Origin: an uncultured Candidatus Saccharibacteria bacterium
Lineage (GTDB): Bacteria > Patescibacteriota > Minisyncoccia > Phycocordibacterales > UBA2100
NCBI GenBank assembly: GCA_964362175.1
Contig: CAYIDD010000001.1
Span: 64,569 to 128,568 of the forward strand
DNA length: 64,000 bases
Direction of reading: 5' to 3'
The translations under genes and the position numbers were made by a program. The number at the start of each line of letters is the position of its first letter. Positions within the stretch are counted from its first letter, which is position 1. Below, one piece after another: positions 59,455 through 64,000 of the stretch. The notes beneath the pieces are model-generated. The model was not told the DNA's origin. It made no database searches and was given only the letters and a program-made list of their open reading frames with translations.

Positions 59455-59844
59455 GGGGGTGACTGGCTTCGACAGGAAATTCAATGTGCCTGTGTGCGAT
59501 GCGGAAGTGAATGTCCTTCCCTAAAAACATTCAAATCTAAGTGCAAATAAAACTGCACGGGGGGTTCTTTCTCCGATTCAGGCGAAAGACCTCGGCCTCG
59601 TTTTCGCTTAAACGCCTAAACGACCGTTCGTCCGGCTGACATCCGATACGCCGATGCGAACGTCATACATTTCGGGTCCGGCCCTCACTTCACTCCGAGT
59701 CAAGGTCTAAAGAAAGAGAGTTCGACGTTGGACTATGTTGTGTATTCTTGAGGTCCGATGTCTAAACAAAATTGAATGCTCTACGCATCGTAGAATCGCT
59801 TTCACATCATTTTCTGGACTCGGGATCGTTCCCCGACACCTCCA
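59455..59844 (+). ncRNA. ssrA: tmRNA (ssrA)
   Basis: 5' GGGGGUGACUGGCUUCGACAGG resembles tmRNA 5' end (E. coli GGGGCUGAUUCUGGAUUCGACGGG); 3' T-arm UCGGG-AUCGUUC-CCCGA then CACCUCC-A pairs with 5' GGGGGUG giving G3-U70; candidate tag ORF ends at TAA 59609..59611 (..AKDLGLVFA) or 59617..59619; CCA not encoded. Confidence 0.8.
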
Positions 59845-59855
59845 CAAAATAAAGA

Positions 59856-59888
59856 AAAACCGCCGGATAGCCGGCGGTTTTTCTTTTA
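59856..59888. terminator. bidirectional rho-independent terminator
   Basis: A-run, stem ACCGCCGG-atag-CCGGCGGT, T-run; serves tmRNA (+) and convergent gene ending at 59907 (-). Confidence 0.75.
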
Positions 59889-59906
59889 CTTACCCTTCGA
59901 CGCTCC

Positions 59907-60542
59907 TTAGTTCGTCGTTCGGAAAGTAGCCGGCCACGTAACCTGTACGTTGCCTGACCCATCCCTTGTGTAGATCACGTAGTAATACGTGGTATTCGGC
60001 TGAAGACCTGCAATACTCACGCTCTGTGAAGTACGGAGTAGTGTGTCGGTCATAGCAACGCTTCCAGAAATCGTTACATCAGTCATACCTTCAATCATTG
60101 AAGGATACGACGTACTGTAGTAGACGATACCTGCAGCCTGCTCACTCGTGTTCCATCGAATAGAAGCAGAGTTTATCCCTGGAGCCTGGGTTACGCCCCA
60201 GATAATCGGTGCATTAACATCTCCACCGAGATTACCTCCCATCTGCGCGTTGATCGCGACAAGAGTGACTGGTCCAACACGGCCAACAGTTGCGATGCCA
60301 TTGCGTGCTTGGAAATTCGAGACGGCTGACTTTGTCAGTGAACCGAAATATCCAGTCACGAGACCTTGTGGGTAAATCGTGCGATCCTTCGCAAGGAATG
60401 TCTGGAGCGATGATACATCCGCGCCTGAATTCCCTTCTTCTAATTGTCGGTAGAGCGTGTCGGCGTTGGCAACACCGACGAAGGCGAAAATCGCGACTGC
60501 GACTGCCGCAGAGAGAACGAGAAAAGATTTTGTTGTTGTCAT
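59907..60542 (-). CDS. secreted peptidoglycan-binding domain protein (paralog 5)
   Basis: 211 aa; signal/TM; PGBD1 GSDVSSLQTFLAKDRTIYPQGLVTGYFGSLTKSAVSNFQARNGIATVG; beta-rich C-terminus. Confidence 0.75.
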   Translation of the reverse strand: MTTTKSFLVLSAAVAVAIFAFVGVANADTLYRQLEEGNSGADVSSLQTFLAKDRTIYPQGLVTGYFGSLTKSAVSNFQARNGIATVGRVGPVTLVAINAQMGGNLGGDVNAPIIWGVTQAPGINSASIRWNTSEQAAGIVYYSTSYPSMIEGMTDVTISGSVAMTDTLLRTSQSVSIAGLQPNTTYYYVIYTRDGSGNVQVTWPATFRTTN

Positions 60543-61052
60543 AATTTTGTTATTGAGGAGAATAATAGACGATTGTCACTTCATGTACTGTCCGACCAAC
60601 AAAGCGTCTCCGCATAAATTGGCCGGGGAGTGAGACCCTTAATAGCAGCGCGTTAGGCTGTTGTACTCTTCGGATCGAGTGATCCTCGGAAGCAAATCTA
60701 TTTTCCTAAGCGCGCCAACTAGAAGCTTTTCCACTGCAATTTTTACTACAGTCGACTCTTGGATATGAACGAGTCTAAATATGCGCTCTGATGAGATACT
60801 TGCGACCTGTTCATAGTATGCTTTTCTTGACAGAAAGCAAGGCATGTTGCGTTATGACACACTAATGGAAATAACCCTAATTCTGATTTCAAAAGACCCG
60901 CGACAATAGAGTTTTCCAAATGTCCCGACTATCTCCACAAAAATAAGGAACGTAGTGACTATATTTTTGTAGGATGCCGTGCGCAGACACGGCGCCACAA
61001 ATCAACAACGGGCGCCGTAAGGCGCTTTTCGTTTACGTCGCAGAGATATATA

Positions 61053-61739
61053 TTATTTCTTCCTCTCAAATGAAACCTCTTGCGGCCCTGCCGCATATGC
61101 GGCGACTTGGTATGGCTGAAAAATGAAGGTTACTTTGTCGGCAGAGATCAGGAACGAACTGAAATTCTCGGGATTGGAATTCGCTCCCTCCGAAAAAAAC
61201 GTTTCACCAAGTTTCTGTTTCAGTTGCGCTGTCGCCGCTACCGATACTTGCTGCGCGGTCATGCCGATCATTTTGAATGCATCACTTTGCAGAAGCCGTT
61301 TGCCGGTCGCCCTGTCGAAATTCAACCCGCTGAACAAAGAATTCGGGTGCGCGCCGCCGGTGTATTCTGAAATGACGAGTTTGAAAGACACGATGTCAGA
61401 ACCGATGTACGGGGATTCATAGCGCACCGTGAGCTCGTTTTGCGGCGACGCCATATCGGGAGGATTTGCGGGAAGTGCCTTGAATTCTGCGGTGGTCCCG
61501 TTCACGATCTCTTCTATCTTTGCATCGATAGCCGGAGTATTGAATTTCGGATACTGCACATCGATCACGTACGTTGTTGTCTCTTCGTTCATCGTCCCCA
61601 TGGTGACCTGCACCTGCGGGGTTGTGGTAGCAGTAGGGACATTTTGCGCTTGCAGCTCCGTTTGCGCACGAGTTGCAAACACATAGCCTCCCCCGAAAGC
61701 AAGCGCCGCAACGATCACGTATCCGAAAAAGTGCCCCAT
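61053..61739 (-). CDS. hypothetical membrane-anchored protein (DUF4163/DUF3298-like?)
   Basis: ORF 61053..61772, start at MGHFFGYVIV; one TM then ~200-aa extracytoplasmic domain. Confidence 0.5.
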   Translation of the reverse strand: MGHFFGYVIVAALAFGGGYVFATRAQTELQAQNVPTATTTPQVQVTMGTMNEETTTYVIDVQYPKFNTPAIDAKIEEIVNGTTAEFKALPANPPDMASPQNELTVRYESPYIGSDIVSFKLVISEYTGGAHPNSLFSGLNFDRATGKRLLQSDAFKMIGMTAQQVSVAATAQLKQKLGETFFSEGANSNPENFSSFLISADKVTFIFQPYQVAAYAAGPQEVSFERKK

Positions 61740-61824
61740 GCGCCAAGTATACGCTCCTGCACCCAAAGACAAAAGCCGCCCCGAGCGAGATCGGGGGCGG
61801 CTTTTGTTTGTGAGACAAAGGATC

Positions 61825-62373
61825 TTACATCTCCATCCCTATCGTGACCGAAACTGAGCCGTTCCCGGCATCCGTGACATAGATGCCGATCGTGCGTGTG
61901 TCTTTCTTCGCCGAAAGTACCATGGCACCCGCGGCATTCGCCTCCCCCTCGATCACCCACGCATTTTTAGTGAGTCCGCTCTTGTAGTATTCGATGACAC
62001 TCTGCGCAGACGCATTCACCACGTACACCATCGTCGCACCTGCTGCTCCCGTTTGCGGATTTGAGGTGCCGGAGTATTGGATCGTCGCTCCCGAATAATT
62101 TGTCGGTGCGTCCGATGGCCAATTTGAAGGCATCGATGCCCCACCGCCCACGGTGACCGTGCCTTCGGCGTTGCTGTAAGTTACCGCACCATTTCCGGCC
62201 GGATTCACGTTGACGCCTGCCGCGCGCATTCCCATAAAGCCCGCGCCTCGGCTTAGGTATCCCCCGACGAGAACGACAGCTACGATAGCGCCGATAATGT
62301 ACCACATCTTATTTCCCGAGCCTGATGTGGAAGGCGTACTTGTGTTTCCTTCTGGTGGCATACTAAATTTCAT
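61825..62373 (-). CDS. hypothetical membrane-anchored Gly/Ala-rich protein
   Basis: ORF 61825..62577; start set at MKFSMPPEG upstream of TM WYIIGAIVAVVLVGG. Confidence 0.5.
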   Translation of the reverse strand: MKFSMPPEGNTSTPSTSGSGNKMWYIIGAIVAVVLVGGYLSRGAGFMGMRAAGVNVNPAGNGAVTYSNAEGTVTVGGGASMPSNWPSDAPTNYSGATIQYSGTSNPQTGAAGATMVYVVNASAQSVIEYYKSGLTKNAWVIEGEANAAGAMVLSAKKDTRTIGIYVTDAGNGSVSVTIGMEM

Positions 62374-62571
62374 TATGTTGCTAAGTCCTCGCAGTTTCGC
62401 ACCGTCCCCGCAGGTGTGCAAGGACACCAATGTCCGGAAATTTCGAGCGCACACTTTACCTATGAACACACGTCCGACAGCGATAAAGACGACAGGGTGT
62501 GCGAAAGTCTGATCTAAAAGCGTCCACAGGACCTTCGAAAACCGGACACTTTCCCCTGTATACTTGGCAAC

Positions 62572-63879
62572 ATGCATGTAGCGGTCCGCTCCGGAGCAGA
62601 ATTTCCCTTTTTCGTGCTAACGATTACGTTTGCCATCTTTTTGGCACTCGTACCCACCCCTGTTTCCGCATTTGTGTGTCCTGACGGTTCGGAAAGTCAC
62701 GCCGCAGCGGCCGACGAGGTCCCTGGGGTCCCGGCAGGAACCCAAACGTGCGCACAGGGTACAAATGTTTTAAACGGCGGATGCGAGTCGAATCCATACC
62801 CGTACCTTGAGCAGCGTCATGTCGGCGACCGTTCAAACAGTTTTGTTACCCCAGTCGCTGGAACGCAATACGGCACAGACTTGAAAAGGGGGATAAACCC
62901 CTCACTTGCATGCAGATTAAAAAAATTCATGGAGTTCGCTGAAACAAAAGGATGTCCCGTTAAGATCAGCAGCGCGATGCGACCGCTACAAAAATGTAAC
63001 CCGAACGGTGGTGCATGCGCTCCGCAGGGCGCATCGTGTCACCAGTACGGTCTCGCGGTTGACGTCCAGGCCAGCACGCAATGTTTGGCATGGATATTGG
63101 AAGTGCTCGGCAGAAAGAACCCGAACTCTCCTTTCGGTCTGCATTCAGCCTACTCAGAACATGAGGGATATCGCCATCTGCAATGCGTGGAGAATATCCA
63201 GGCCTCATGCAGTCCCCAAACTAAGGGCTGCGATGGTAAGGTGAATATAAATCCCGATCTTTCAACCATTCCAAGCCCCCAAGGATCTCCTTCCTCCTCG
63301 CTTTCCGACGCCATTCGGCGGGCACTCGGCATGCAGCAACAGCCACCGCTTCCTCCTCAGCCACCGCTCCCCCCTCAACCGCAATTGCCGCCGCAACCTG
63401 CGCTCCCCGCGCAACCCGCGGTATCTTCTGAAAGTCCGCAAGTCACACCTGTATCAAGCGGCATCAACACAAATCCGGTCGCAATAACACGCCCGACGCA
63501 AACGACCTCCACTTCGACCAAAAAGGCCACCTCCACCTACGAGCTCATTGATGCATTTGCAAATCCAGTGAGTGATTCGATAGATATCGGCTCTGTCGTA
63601 TCGATTGCTCTCAACGATGCGCTCAGTTCCACAACACAACTCAAAGGTACAGTGCCGATGGTACGGATCGCGTCCGGAACAGTTGCAATCCAAGGATATA
63701 TACCGCAGCAGACCTTCACCTCCGGCGACCTTGCCAACAATCCGGTGTGGGGTGTGGTGCCGCCACAAAACGGGACACTTGCGCGACTTCTCATCACGCT
63801 TAGAGATACGCTCCTCTACGCGCTGAACTACCTGAGACCGTTCGGGGGGAACGTGCCAAGACAGGTATATCTGGAATAA
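62572..63879 (+). CDS. secreted Cys-rich peptidase M15-like (VanY/D-Ala-D-Ala carboxypeptidase-type) protein with Pro-rich repeat linker
   Basis: signal peptide; SCHQYGLAVDV fits SxHxxGxAxD zinc motif, later SEHEGYRH; (QPPLPP)n tract; C-terminal beta-rich domain. Confidence 0.6.
   Translation: MHVAVRSGAEFPFFVLTITFAIFLALVPTPVSAFVCPDGSESHAAAADEVPGVPAGTQTCAQGTNVLNGGCESNPYPYLEQRHVGDRSNSFVTPVAGTQYGTDLKRGINPSLACRLKKFMEFAETKGCPVKISSAMRPLQKCNPNGGACAPQGASCHQYGLAVDVQASTQCLAWILEVLGRKNPNSPFGLHSAYSEHEGYRHLQCVENIQASCSPQTKGCDGKVNINPDLSTIPSPQGSPSSSLSDAIRRALGMQQQPPLPPQPPLPPQPQLPPQPALPAQPAVSSESPQVTPVSSGINTNPVAITRPTQTTSTSTKKATSTYELIDAFANPVSDSIDIGSVVSIALNDALSSTTQLKGTVPMVRIASGTVAIQGYIPQQTFTSGDLANNPVWGVVPPQNGTLARLLITLRDTLLYALNYLRPFGGNVPRQVYLE
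63338..63420 (+). repeat. 18-bp tandem repeat (x4) in CDS encoding Pro-rich (QPPLPP-like) linker
   Basis: cagccaccgcttcctcct / cagccaccgctcccccct / caaccgcaattgccgccg / caacctgcgctccccgcg. Confidence 0.7.
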
Positions 63880-64000
63880 CAATGTGTCTCGTGGTATAGT
63901 CCCCTCAACAAATGGGGTTCACGAAATACACATCACAGGCGGAAAAAGAGCGCGCACGGATGAACGAAGGTATCCGCGCGCCAGAAGTGCGTGTCATCGG

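Overview
This 64 kb window is GC-rich bacterial chromosome with a dense, mostly minus-strand gene arrangement. Gene content and architecture fit a small-genome Patescibacteria/CPR-like organism; that placement is inference, not a database result. Translation appears to use the standard code: RF2 is present and genes close on TAA/TAG/TGA.

Housekeeping genes that can be called with confidence: typA, pyrG, ftsEX, prfB, gatCA, ligA, recG, pyrC, ftsH, smpB plus a downstream tmRNA, a malic enzyme, a CBS-less IMPDH-family enzyme, a DEAD-box helicase, and an ABC-2 exporter pair.

A complete secretin-less type IV pilus / competence-like locus spans about 31.3-43.7 kb. It carries pilM, pilN-like, pilO-like, pilB, an embedded CheY-like receiver, pilT, pilC, a major pilin, the pilD prepilin peptidase, four minor pilin-like genes and a comF-family gene.

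Five paralogous secreted proteins combine a peptidoglycan-binding domain with PKD/IPT beta-domains; one of them also has a cupredoxin-like domain.

Nine tRNA genes and one tmRNA are present. One tRNA has a UAU anticodon. Two CAU tRNAs, and the tmRNA, have non-canonical T-loops.

Several stretches look horizontally acquired or decayed:
- an AT-rich singleton gene with a HEPN-like Rx5H motif next to tRNA-Gln;
- a decayed integrative element at tRNA-Ser, where only an integrase C-terminal fragment remains, bracketed by a 14-nt repeat of the tRNA 3' end;
- beside it, a lower-GC membrane-protein gene bracketed by 19-bp direct repeats;
- a frameshifted XRE HTH remnant near the window start.

The smpB-ssrA spacer, the leader of the major pilin, and the region upstream of a holin-like gene are unusually rich in perfect inverted repeats.

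No CRISPR array, rRNA or intact transposase was seen. All calls are from manual reading of the sequence and the ORF track; no searches were run.
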